DNA of 54,848 nucleotides from a virus (taxonomy: Duplodnaviria; Heunggongvirae; Uroviricota; Caudoviricetes). The notes beneath the pieces are model-generated. The model ran no database searches, had not been told where the DNA came from, and saw only the letters and a list, made by a program, of their open reading frames with translations. Below, piece after piece: positions 38,059 through 46,240 of this stretch. Within the stretch, counting starts at the first letter, position 1. Each line of letters opens with the position of its first letter. The stretch lies in the IMG/VR virus record IMGVR_UViG_3300037346_000580, positions 64,001-118,848 of that record. The stretch is one strand, 5' to 3'. Both the position numbers and the translations under genes were made by a program.

Positions 38059-38133
38059 GGGTTTCCTTTATTATATATATCTACTAATATTGGAAAACCA
38101 TCAAAAATGTTAAAATTTTTAACAAGGAAACCC
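38059..38133 (-). promoter_or_regulatory. RBS-sequestering long-range hairpin with internal late-type promoter
   Basis: minus-strand GGGTTTCCTT (38133-38124) is complementary to AAGGAAACCC (38068-38059); GATATATATAA at 38081-38071. Confidence 0.7.
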
Positions 38134-38265
38134 CGTTTTCATATCGTGTCTTATAGTTCTACTGAAAACACTTATAGTTCCGGTTCCAGTTCTATCTGAT
38201 TTTGTTACACCGTTATCTAAAATGTCCTGTAGGAGTGTTTGATATTGTTTATCTAGATTGTTCAT
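38119..38265 (-). pseudogene. thyA: orphan thymidylate synthase N-terminal fragment (48 aa)
   Basis: [48 protein letters not shown], matches a ThyA N-terminus up to the FP of FPLLTTK. Confidence 0.9.
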
Positions 38266-38494
38266 TATATTTTTTTATAAACCATTTAATTTTCGTTATT
38301 CTATAAAGATAATACAGGATTATCTTATTTTTGTTTATTGTCCAGACTCTTCTAGTACCATTTTTATCCGAAAGTATCATATATGGGGTGGTTACTAAAA
38401 CATAGGGAGCCCTGATTATTCCAGTTTTAGCCTCAACTGTCTTAGTTTCCACCTTTAGGTTAAGTTCTGGTATTTTATTCTCAATATTATTCAT
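38249..38494 (-). CDS. hypothetical protein
   Basis: likely start ATG 38494. Confidence 0.6.
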   Translation of the reverse strand: MNNIENKIPELNLKVETKTVEAKTGIIRAPYVLVTTPYMILSDKNGTRRVWTINKNKIILYYLYRITKIKWFIKKYNEQSR

Positions 38495-38684
38495 ATCTTC
38501 TAAATATAACAACAGCATTAACCAATCTCATAGGTCCTGCATTATTACTAAATATAGTTGGTTCTATTAAATATACGTCCCATCCATCCTCCGCTTCAGA
38601 TCTCAAATAATCAGCGAAAGACTCCGGATCAATGTCATTATACTGAGCTTGCCATGTAACTATTTTTTGCTTTCCTGTTGCCAT
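38487..38684 (-). CDS. hypothetical protein
   Basis: 65-aa coupled ORF. Confidence 0.65.
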   Translation of the reverse strand: MATGKQKIVTWQAQYNDIDPESFADYLRSEAEDGWDVYLIEPTIFSNNAGPMRLVNAVVIFRRYE

Positions 38685-38929
38685 TTTATCCCTGTTTTAA
38701 TTGGTATTAATATTGTTTCAAGAGTTGCTTCGAATGCAGAGGATCTGAATATATTATTTCTTGTCCTTGCCTCCTCAGCAGCTCCCTCGAATAATTCAAT
38801 TGCAGTATCATTGCCTCTATACGTGGAAATCATCTTACCAGCGGAGGGAACACTGATGGGCTTCTTTAGAAGCTGTTCCTCGCAAATTAAATCTATCATT
38901 TCATTTATTTTATTCTCGTATGTTTTCAT
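38660..38929 (-). CDS. hypothetical protein
   Basis: 89-aa ORF. Confidence 0.6.
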   Translation of the reverse strand: MKTYENKINEMIDLICEEQLLKKPISVPSAGKMISTYRGNDTAIELFEGAAEEARTRNNIFRSSAFEATLETILIPIKTGIKWQQESKK

Positions 38930-39254
38930 TCTTTAATTTTTTTAAATCCCCTTCAAGTCTGGTCATAAAGGATTCATCACAATCATCACCAGATAATAGC
39001 CAGTCAACTCTTTGCATATAGATCTGTGCTATCTCAATATGTTTAAGACCTTCCTTAAATTTCAATATCATCTCATCAGAATATCGGTAATGAAATCTAT
39101 CATCAGGATATTTTTCAAGCCAATCATCACTCGCATAGCTATATTTAAGCTCTTCTTCGGTCTTTTCCTTTCCGTTCTTATCAATAAGCTTTCTTATATC
39201 CTCCACAACATCAGTAAATCTATACTGAAGGTATTCCCAGTGACCCCCGCTCAT
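38910..39254 (-). CDS. hypothetical protein
   Basis: 114 aa, MSGGHWEY start. Confidence 0.7.
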   Translation of the reverse strand: MSGGHWEYLQYRFTDVVEDIRKLIDKNGKEKTEEELKYSYASDDWLEKYPDDRFHYRYSDEMILKFKEGLKHIEIAQIYMQRVDWLLSGDDCDESFMTRLEGDLKKLKNENIRE

Positions 39255-39260
39255 ATCTGA

Positions 39261-39692
39261 TTAAATTACTGATATTGATAATATTTTATCACCCGGTTGA
39301 ATTTGATCAATCACATCAATACCATCAATCACCTTGCCAAAGCATGTATGATTACCATCCAGATGTGCTGTATTCTGCCTACTGTGGCAAATAAAGAACT
39401 GCGATCCACCTGTATTTCTTCCCGCGTGTGCCATTGAAAGAACACCTTTGTCATGGAATTGATTCGACGCGGTAACCTCACATGGAATATTATAGCCAGG
39501 ACCACCTTGTCCATTACCATTTGGGCATCCTCCCTGAATAACAAAATTAGGAATAACTCTATGGAAATTTAATCCATCATAAAACCTTTCGTTTATTAAT
39601 TTTAAGAAGTTATTAGCTGTAATTGGTGTTTCCTGATCATATAGTTCTGCAACCATATCACCTCTGTCTGTTGAAATTTTTACTTTACTCAT
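39261..39692 (-). CDS. cyclophilin-type peptidyl-prolyl isomerase
   Basis: FYDGLNFHRVIPNFVIQGG, GVLSMAHAG..TGGSQFFI, HLDG.HTCFGKV. Confidence 0.95.
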   Translation of the reverse strand: MSKVKISTDRGDMVAELYDQETPITANNFLKLINERFYDGLNFHRVIPNFVIQGGCPNGNGQGGPGYNIPCEVTASNQFHDKGVLSMAHAGRNTGGSQFFICHSRQNTAHLDGNHTCFGKVIDGIDVIDQIQPGDKILSISVI

Positions 39693-39724
39693 TTTTTATT
39701 TGTTTTGTAGTCTATAATAATTGT

Positions 39725-39860
39725 CTAATTTGGGCTCTCCCCGTTTTCTATTTTTCTTGAGTTCATAAACTCATATCCGGATTCATTTTCTACTGAAGAT
39801 CACCTAATTAAAGTTAGGATTATCCGATCCGAAACCAGCTCTTACATTTTCATTAGCCAT
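39725..39860 (-). pseudogene. small disrupted ORF
   Basis: MANENVRAGFGSDNPNFN* then VENESGYEFMNSRKIENGESPN in another frame. Confidence 0.3.
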
Positions 39861-40335
39861 TTTTCACTGATTCTAAAAATTTTATAATATCGGAGACTTC
39901 TCTGTGTATGACCTCCGTTTCGTCCTGATATCTAACGATAATTGACGGTACCATGGATCTTTCAGTTATCATTTGCATATCAGTTATTAGATTTCTCACC
40001 AGATCTACCTTGTTAATGCTAAGAAGAAGCTCAGTTATTCTATTAACAATGACAGGAAGATCAACTATGCCTATAAACAAGTCAAGTTTTTCACTTCCTG
40101 GTTTGCAGTCTTGTCCCCAGTCGGTATATCTGTATTCCTTACCATAACTTGTCATTACTGAGAAATCACCTCTAGTAAATTCAAACATTTTCAAGCTGTC
40201 CCACTCCTCTATAATTTCAAGATGGTCGTCAACTATGATAAATTCATCATATTTTTTATATGCCCTTACTACATCACCTTCAAAATTTAATAAACCCAGA
40301 TGTGGCAATTTTCTGTCTTCCCTTGATATTTTCAT
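39853..40335 (-). CDS. hypothetical protein
   Basis: 160-aa ORF. Confidence 0.7.
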   Translation of the reverse strand: MKISREDRKLPHLGLLNFEGDVVRAYKKYDEFIIVDDHLEIIEEWDSLKMFEFTRGDFSVMTSYGKEYRYTDWGQDCKPGSEKLDLFIGIVDLPVIVNRITELLLSINKVDLVRNLITDMQMITERSMVPSIIVRYQDETEVIHREVSDIIKFLESVKNG

Positions 40336-40565
40336 AAATCTAAATAATACATTGATTTTTTACTGCTGTAACATCCTCCATTCCTGCCATCATACCATTC
40401 ACCGTCGCCGATATGATATACTGGAAATTTCTCACCAGTCTTCTCATCAAATCTCCAATCTACCTTGGTTATCTTTACAAGCTGGGAATTCTGTTGAGCT
40501 ATTGGAGTGTATCCATCAAGATGCACTGTATCACCAGCTTCTCTTAATTTTTTATAATTCTCCAT
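40332..40565 (-). CDS. hypothetical protein
   Basis: 77-aa coupled ORF. Confidence 0.65.
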   Translation of the reverse strand: MENYKKLREAGDTVHLDGYTPIAQQNSQLVKITKVDWRFDEKTGEKFPVYHIGDGEWYDGRNGGCYSSKKSMYYLDL

Positions 40566-40995
40566 TTGATTTTATTTTAATTCCATGAACGGTGTAATAT
40601 ACCATATCAACAACTCTATCAGAGGATACACCAGATTGCCTATATTCTATTATGCTATTAACATGGGAATAATTTTCCTTTATATGAGATACAAGCTCTT
40701 TCTTGAGCTTCTTTGGTTTTATAGCTGAGAAGTTCTTATTAAGATCGGTGTTTCTAGATATAGGTGTTTTTGTAAGTCTGCATTTTTGAGAATTTCCATT
40801 ACAAATAAAAACCGTCTCAACTTTAAGACTAACAAGTCCAAGCTCTTCCGGATCTATATCATATCTCCAAGGTTTATTTATTTCAGTAATCTCCGAGGTG
40901 TGCTCATCCTTACATTCTTCAAAAGCTTCAACAAACTCCTGGTCATTCCAGATTGTTTTTTCCTCTAATTTTTCGTTGATAATTTCACTACCCAT
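40552..40995 (-). CDS. hypothetical protein
   Basis: 147-aa ORF. Confidence 0.7.
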   Translation of the reverse strand: MGSEIINEKLEEKTIWNDQEFVEAFEECKDEHTSEITEINKPWRYDIDPEELGLVSLKVETVFICNGNSQKCRLTKTPISRNTDLNKNFSAIKPKKLKKELVSHIKENYSHVNSIIEYRQSGVSSDRVVDMVYYTVHGIKIKSNGEL

Positions 40996-41124
40996 ATGTT
41001 TATTTTTATTGATATACTATTATTAATACTTTTATCTATTGTTTATTTATACGTACATGAACTAAAATTCATTTTACTCTAAAACATATACATTTAAAAA
41101 TAGATCCGCTTAAACAAGCTTATT

Positions 41125-41418
41125 TTAATCCATGTCTGGTCCATCATAATCCCATTCGCAACATGGCCATCTCCTACCCTTACCGTCGATATTAGCCCAT
41201 GAGGTTTTTTCCTCATTAGTCCAAATCCAATCAACTCCTTCCTTAGTATCATCATCCGGATGAATCCCGCCAGGAGGATGATAATGTTCAGCAACTACTG
41301 AGTATTCGTTACACGAACAACCTCGATCAACATGTTCCTCACATTTTTGGTAATCTACGGGCATATAAAACCATACCGCGGGGGAATCACAATCATCGCA
41401 TTTCTCTATTTCACTCAT
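41125..41418 (-). CDS. Cys-rich hypothetical protein
   Basis: CDDC, C..H, CSC, WPCCEW. Confidence 0.7.
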   Translation of the reverse strand: MSEIEKCDDCDSPAVWFYMPVDYQKCEEHVDRGCSCNEYSVVAEHYHPPGGIHPDDDTKEGVDWIWTNEEKTSWANIDGKGRRWPCCEWDYDGPDMD

Positions 41419-41633
41419 TTTATGTACTGTCTTACAAATCTGGTTTGCCTATTATTTAATACAATAATATACTTTCTTCCATTCTTAGTTTGATAAACCT
41501 GAAATCTCATGGTATCTATATAATGCCACTCGTTTGTGTATGAATAATAATAAATCCTTTCCTCCACTGTTTTACAGGAGAATAAACTCAGCAGTAAGAA
41601 TAAAACGAATAAATTTTTAATATTACTTATCAT
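41415..41633 (-). CDS. putative lipoprotein
   Basis: signal peptide ending LLSLFSC (lipobox-like). Confidence 0.6.
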   Translation of the reverse strand: MISNIKNLFVLFLLLSLFSCKTVEERIYYYSYTNEWHYIDTMRFQVYQTKNGRKYIIVLNNRQTRFVRQYIK

Positions 41634-41859
41634 TATTTTTTATTTCCGTGGATTTTTTAAAATTCAAAAGTTCCATTAACATCTTTCTTACATTATATCC
41701 GAGCTCCATGTCATTAGGTAACGAGTTTATATGGGTATCAGATATCTCTATAACTATGCCGGATCCATGCTTAGATGAGTCCAGCATATCAGGTGAACAC
41801 GTCTTAATGATTCCAGTTTTTTCATTATATTCAAATTCGTTATTTTCGTTATTATTCAT
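41623..41859 (-). CDS. hypothetical protein
   Basis: 78-aa ORF. Confidence 0.6.
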   Translation of the reverse strand: MNNNENNEFEYNEKTGIIKTCSPDMLDSSKHGSGIVIEISDTHINSLPNDMELGYNVRKMLMELLNFKKSTEIKNNDK

Positions 41860-42343
41860 GCTTTATGTATTTTTTTCTCTTTGGTTTCATTTTATATTTT
41901 AACCACCATCCAAATTCCCTAATTATCACTATTTTTACATTTGCCAGATAATTACTAAATTTTCCGATAGGACTATAATCCCATTCAACATCAGTAATAA
42001 AGTTCTCCATATAGATTCTAAGCTCCTTTAATTCATCACCCGTTACTGGATCCGCCTCCGATATCTCCGTTACATAAATTATTCTATCAAATATGGTTGT
42101 TTCTTCTTTCCTATATTCCTCAGTTATTATTTCTTTTGGAGTTCTATATTCAATTACATTTGAGCAAAGATTCTCTATCTCAGAAAGACAAAAATCTATA
42201 TCACCAATCAATTCACCATAGGTAAATACTCTACTTCTGGCATGGTCTATCATTACCTCGAATGCCTGAGACCCCTTAGTGTTCCCACTGAATGCGGTAT
42301 AGAACGTATACCATCTACTATTTGACCATCTTGAATATGACAT
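41852..42343 (-). CDS. hypothetical protein (MSYSRWS start)
   Basis: 163-aa ORF. Confidence 0.7.
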   Translation of the reverse strand: MSYSRWSNSRWYTFYTAFSGNTKGSQAFEVMIDHARSRVFTYGELIGDIDFCLSEIENLCSNVIEYRTPKEIITEEYRKEETTIFDRIIYVTEISEADPVTGDELKELRIYMENFITDVEWDYSPIGKFSNYLANVKIVIIREFGWWLKYKMKPKRKKYIKHE

Positions 42344-42354
42344 TAGTTACTAGT

Positions 42355-42777
42355 TTAAATCAAATGGAGTAGAATATAAGAAATCTTATACCCTGCAAAT
42401 GCACCGAGGGCGGATGGGAATGGAAAAACAATAAGTTTTCCAAGATCTGTTACGTATTTTGGTCTATTTACAATTTTACCCATAAATGAATAATATAGGA
42501 AATAACCAAATAAAACAGCAATATCTGTTCGTGTAGCTATAAAAACAACAAGCATGGCACCAAGAAACCCAAATATAAAATTATCTCTTATACCTTCCCA
42601 AATCTCGTGAGGTGTAGCCTTCTTATATTCTCCAACAATCCTATCTATATTTGATTTTTTATTTTTAAAATAAACATTATAGAATGATTTATTATTATTT
42701 TCAGCCCTGGGTGTTTTTTCTGGTTCTTTTTCAGTCCCTATTATTTCACTCATATGATCATTAATTCTCCTGCTCAT
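42355..42777 (-). CDS. membrane protein
   Basis: 2-3 hydrophobic segments in the C-terminal half. Confidence 0.7.
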   Translation of the reverse strand: MSRRINDHMSEIIGTEKEPEKTPRAENNNKSFYNVYFKNKKSNIDRIVGEYKKATPHEIWEGIRDNFIFGFLGAMLVVFIATRTDIAVLFGYFLYYSFMGKIVNRPKYVTDLGKLIVFPFPSALGAFAGYKISYILLHLI

Positions 42778-42910
42778 CCTCTTTATTTTTAAAAAAATCG
42801 TCCGCTTTATAATCGGGAAAGTTTTTATTCATGTGGTTTATTCCGGTAACCGCTATAAAGCAGCATACTATAAGTGCTACTATAACTATTAATATAAATA
42901 CCCAATTCAT
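42761..42910 (-). CDS. small membrane protein (49 aa, not in track)
   Basis: MNWVFILIVIVALIVCCFIAVTGINHMNKNFPDYKADDFF... Confidence 0.6.
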   Translation of the reverse strand: MNWVFILIVIVALIVCCFIAVTGINHMNKNFPDYKADDFFKNKEDEQEN

Positions 42911-42938
42911 TATTTATTATTAATTACTAAGAACACGG

Positions 42939-43571
42939 TCAGTCCCACCATCCCTCTATTTGAGTGTCAATTATTTTAAATAGGAGGGATTTGGCTCTTT
43001 GATGATTCAAATGTGCCATGCTAAGTGCAATGACGTGTTTATCATCCTCTCTACCTTCGAGCGAGGTAAACCCATCACCATTCATTACTCTTTTGTAAAC
43101 AAGAGGGTATTTTTTAAAATAATCATCATATTTTTCCCAAATGTTTTCACTCTCCCATGTCGAGTTTCCAGTGCCATCGTTACATGACTCGAACCAATGT
43201 CTATCTTTAGAATAATCCATATATTCTAATGTATAAACGTCGTCCTGTATATTCTGTATCAATTTAACACAAATTCTCATGTTACGAGCATCCTGTTGAG
43301 CTCTTGTGTGAAAATCCCTTCTCCCTATATAATTAGCCTGTGAAACCAATTTATGTTTCATCATCTCAAAGATGTAATGTCCGTCCCAATTACGATCTTT
43401 CCATATTACTGGAAACCAATAGACAAGGTTCTGAATCCCCCATTTAATTTCTTTATGCAGATATCTACCATCATTGTCCCACCACAACCACATTCTTCTA
43501 AAAAAGTTGGGTCTTGGTCTACTTTTTATGTCCTCAAAAAAATCCCGAGTATCTTTATCAGAATCTACCAT
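42939..43571 (-). CDS. conserved phage hypothetical protein
   Basis: 210 aa; WFPVIWKDRNWD, IEGWWD end. Confidence 0.75.
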   Translation of the reverse strand: MVDSDKDTRDFFEDIKSRPRPNFFRRMWLWWDNDGRYLHKEIKWGIQNLVYWFPVIWKDRNWDGHYIFEMMKHKLVSQANYIGRRDFHTRAQQDARNMRICVKLIQNIQDDVYTLEYMDYSKDRHWFESCNDGTGNSTWESENIWEKYDDYFKKYPLVYKRVMNGDGFTSLEGREDDKHVIALSMAHLNHQRAKSLLFKIIDTQIEGWWD

Positions 43572-43744
43572 TACGTAAATCTTAATATTAGATTAGTAGC
43601 AAAGCAAATAAATGCTATTACATTAGCTGCAAGTTGTATCTTATATAATCTCATTTCTTTCTTCTTATTGAAAAAATAAATTACCCAAGAACCCAATAAG
43701 AATACCCAGCCTAATACGTTTAATACTAAATGTGTTGTTTCCAT
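43571..43744 (-). CDS. small two-TM membrane protein (57 aa, not in track)
   Basis: METTHLVLNVLGWVFLLGSWVIYFFNKKKEMRLYKIQLAANVIAFICFATNLILRFT; TAATG-coupled. Confidence 0.65.
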   Translation of the reverse strand: METTHLVLNVLGWVFLLGSWVIYFFNKKKEMRLYKIQLAANVIAFICFATNLILRFT

Positions 43745-43763
43745 AGTTAATCTTTTTAAAATG

Positions 43764-43792
43764 TAAATATAATATAAAAATTCGATTAAAAA
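43764..43792 (-). promoter_or_regulatory. early-type promoter variant TCG-N11-TATATTTA
   Basis: core 43771-43764, TCG 43785-43783. Confidence 0.5.
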
Positions 43793-43836
43793 AATAATCA
43801 GATATTATATTTAAAATAAAATTTATGTTCCACAAA

Positions 43837-43860
43837 AAAACCAGCTTAATAGCTGGTTTT
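43837..43860. terminator. intrinsic terminator
   Basis: aaaaccagct-taat-agctggtttt. Confidence 0.75.
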
Positions 43861-43878
43861 AGTTTTTTATGTCTGATA

Positions 43879-44340
43879 TTATAACTGTTGTTTAGTTGTT
43901 TCTTCCCCAGTCTCAACTTCCTCTTCATCTTCCTCTTCATCTTCCTCATCCTCTTCAGTTTCATCCTCTTCAGTTTCAACCTCATCCTCTTCAGTTTCAT
44001 CCTCTTCAGTTTCAACCTCATCCTCTTCATCATCAGATTCAGTTGGATCATCAAATTCACCAATTAACCATTCGGAAACTTCCTGAACATCATCCTTAGA
44101 TGTTGCTATATGGTCAGAAGCCCAATCATGCCCATTATTTAAAAGTTCATCAACCTTATCCGGATCCATCTTTAATATTTCATCAACATGATGTTTTATC
44201 GTTGCAAGATTTCTAAAAAACATATAATGCTTTCTATCGTCATTATTGCTCTCGTTCGTTACTGCTAAAACAATCTCGTTATTTACGATTTCGTGTTTTT
44301 CGCTATTTTTGAATTGTTCAAATGAAGCTATTCTTTCCAT
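43879..44340 (-). CDS. hypothetical protein with CTS-like N-terminus and acidic repeat tail
   Basis: MERIASFEQF; core YMFFRNL...GHDWASDHI; E/D-rich tail; GATATATAAT at 44367-44358. Confidence 0.8.
   Translation of the reverse strand: MERIASFEQFKNSEKHEIVNNEIVLAVTNESNNDDRKHYMFFRNLATIKHHVDEILKMDPDKVDELLNNGHDWASDHIATSKDDVQEVSEWLIGEFDDPTESDDEEDEVETEEDETEEDEVETEEDETEEDEEDEEEDEEEVETGEETTKQQL
43946..44029 (-). repeat. nested 15/36-nt coding tandem repeat (acidic tail)
   Basis: tcatcctcttcagtt x4 with tcaacc spacers; perfect 36-nt unit x2 plus partial. Confidence 0.9.
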
Positions 44341-44416
44341 CTTTGTGTATTTTTTTAATTATATATCCATACGGATTAATTTTTATTATATCGAGGTGCC
44401 TTTGTACGATATTATA

Positions 44417-45289
44417 TTAGTCCAGTGACTCTCCGCAAGTTGGACAGAATTTCCAGTTTTGTTTTTTCATTCTAGTACCACACCCTGGACAGTATGATCT
44501 GATTTCAGAAACCTCCACTGGTTTAGCGGATCTTGGTAATACCTTATATTCAGAAGTCCAAGATGCATAGGAATTATAAGTTCCATTATCATTATCGAAG
44601 CTCTGTTTAGATTTGCTACCTTTCTCTATTCTCCCAGTTTCTATACTATCTGATGATTTAGACACTGTATTATTAGAGCTAGTTAAATAGCCTAAAGTGT
44701 TAATAGTAACTGGATTCTGAGCACAAAAATATGTATTCGTTGTTCCGCTTGTGTAAGATATATTACCGCTTGTCGTAGTAGTAAATGTTGATACTGGTGC
44801 GGTATAATTACCATAGTCTCTAAAAATACTATTAGCAGGAATAGTTAATGTACTTGGGAATTGTGTGAAGGTTGTTGTTCCCGTATTAACCCATGCAAAG
44901 TTTTGAAAATACTCCGCGTGGAAATCAACCTTAAGATTACCATTCTTTAAAATTGCCTCCTTAACTCCCTTTGTGCTCTCAACCTCATAGGTCGAAAAGA
45001 TAAGCTTTTTATTCTCATCTATAAACCTATCAAGGAAATATCTCTGACCTGGTTTTAAAACCAATCCGGAGGAACTAATGATTTGACCATTTATGTAGAT
45101 CTTAGCTACATAAGAAATTTGTGTGGGATTATAGAGCTCGATTTGAAACTCTTGTCCATCATCCAGGTAGACTTTTTCAGCTCCTGTGTTTACGTCATAG
45201 ATTTTCTGACGATTGCTGGATACTGCGATCCAGGCTTGTGGTTTCTCAACGGAAAGTCCGTTGAGAATACCAGGTTTTTTGTTTTTCAT
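44417..45289 (-). CDS. hypothetical protein with C-terminal zinc ribbon
   Basis: beta-rich N-terminal domain, Thr/Ser linker, YCPGCG...FCPTCG. Confidence 0.8.
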   Translation of the reverse strand: MKNKKPGILNGLSVEKPQAWIAVSSNRQKIYDVNTGAEKVYLDDGQEFQIELYNPTQISYVAKIYINGQIISSSGLVLKPGQRYFLDRFIDENKKLIFSTYEVESTKGVKEAILKNGNLKVDFHAEYFQNFAWVNTGTTTFTQFPSTLTIPANSIFRDYGNYTAPVSTFTTTTSGNISYTSGTTNTYFCAQNPVTINTLGYLTSSNNTVSKSSDSIETGRIEKGSKSKQSFDNDNGTYNSYASWTSEYKVLPRSAKPVEVSEIRSYCPGCGTRMKKQNWKFCPTCGESLD

Positions 45290-45405
45290 TTTTACCTTAT
45301 TTATTTTTTAAAATCCCATCGATGCTCATTCGAACATCTCAAAGGTTGTTAAACCCGGGACATCAAGTACTAAAGGCACCTTCAATACAATTGATATTAT
45401 ATATC
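45290..45405 (-). promoter_or_regulatory. GATATATAAT motif plus ~105-nt structured 5' leader
   Basis: motif 45405-45396; hairpin 45321-45338; further pairings 45378-82/45342-46 and 45357-61/45313-17. Confidence 0.45.
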
Positions 45406-45406
45406 C

Positions 45407-45856
45407 TTACCAGGAATCTTCATCATAATCATCATAGGAACCATACGAATCACTGGAATCTTCATCCCATTCCTCTTCCTCTCCTATAAATCCTCTATCA
45501 TGTTCTTTAATGACGCTTGACCATACGTCGCCATCCTTAAACCAAACATATGTCTGATCAGGAATTTCACTTACCCATTCGATCTTCGAATCACTTACCC
45601 ATCCACCAGAAATGAATGAATCCAAATTTTCAATAAGTTCCTCAACCTCGCTCAATATATCATTATCGAAGGGTTGATCCTCTATGTAGATCTCAATATA
45701 CCCATTAAAATTCACATCTAATTCTGCACTAAATAAAGTACAAAATTTTAAGAAATCCTCATTGAGCTCAAGATTTGATTTGATCCCATCTATCTGATCT
45801 CTTAGAAATTTTTTATTTGACGTTAGGTCAACAGTTAAAAAATAATTACTTTTCAT
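45407..45856 (-). CDS. acidic hypothetical protein
   Basis: 149-aa ORF. Confidence 0.75.
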   Translation of the reverse strand: MKSNYFLTVDLTSNKKFLRDQIDGIKSNLELNEDFLKFCTLFSAELDVNFNGYIEIYIEDQPFDNDILSEVEELIENLDSFISGGWVSDSKIEWVSEIPDQTYVWFKDGDVWSSVIKEHDRGFIGEEEEWDEDSSDSYGSYDDYDEDSW

Positions 45857-45915
45857 TATTAACTTTTTTAGTTGTATATACCAAAAAAATATAATTTTTT
45901 ATTGGAATTTTGAAA

Positions 45916-46239
45916 TTATTCTTCGATTTTTTTACCTCTACCTAATTCGTCTCTCTTTTCATTGCTCATAGATCTAGCAAATAATCTAAGTGTTTTATTA
46001 CCATCAACTGACTGGAATACTATTCTACTCTCGTTATTTGCCTTCAACATGAAAGTTAATTCACCTGGTTCGCTTTCGCTATTACTCCATGCGATTGAAA
46101 TTGGCTCTTCGTCATCAAATTGAAAGCACCATTCCGCTTGATCGAAATACTCTATACCAATAGCTTTCTGTATTTGTTCCTCGTCCATTATGCTAAATTC
46201 ATCAGCAACTATAAACTCTTTTTCTGTGTTGTTTTCCAT
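45916..46239 (-). CDS. hypothetical protein
   Basis: 107-aa ORF. Confidence 0.7.
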   Translation of the reverse strand: MENNTEKEFIVADEFSIMDEEQIQKAIGIEYFDQAEWCFQFDDEEPISIAWSNSESEPGELTFMLKANNESRIVFQSVDGNKTLRLFARSMSNEKRDELGRGKKIEE

Positions 46240-46240
46240 A

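Noticed and set aside
36890-38125. Group I intron joining the orphan thyA head (..CCT) to CTA TTG ACT (formally U|...G|)
   Set aside because: Only 64 non-coding nt, no room for a P3-P9 core, and the interval contains a full alternative thyA start. RT-PCR would settle it.
38660-38929. MKTYENKINE as another capsid-targeting tag
   Set aside because: It resembles the T4 CTS but lacks the second aromatic residue and lies mid-operon without the GATATATA motif. Left as ambiguous.
43665-44099. Track ORFs MKRMRLKLKRM.. (-) and PLHLPHPLQF.. (+)
   Set aside because: Alternative-frame and antisense readings of the acidic tandem repeat.
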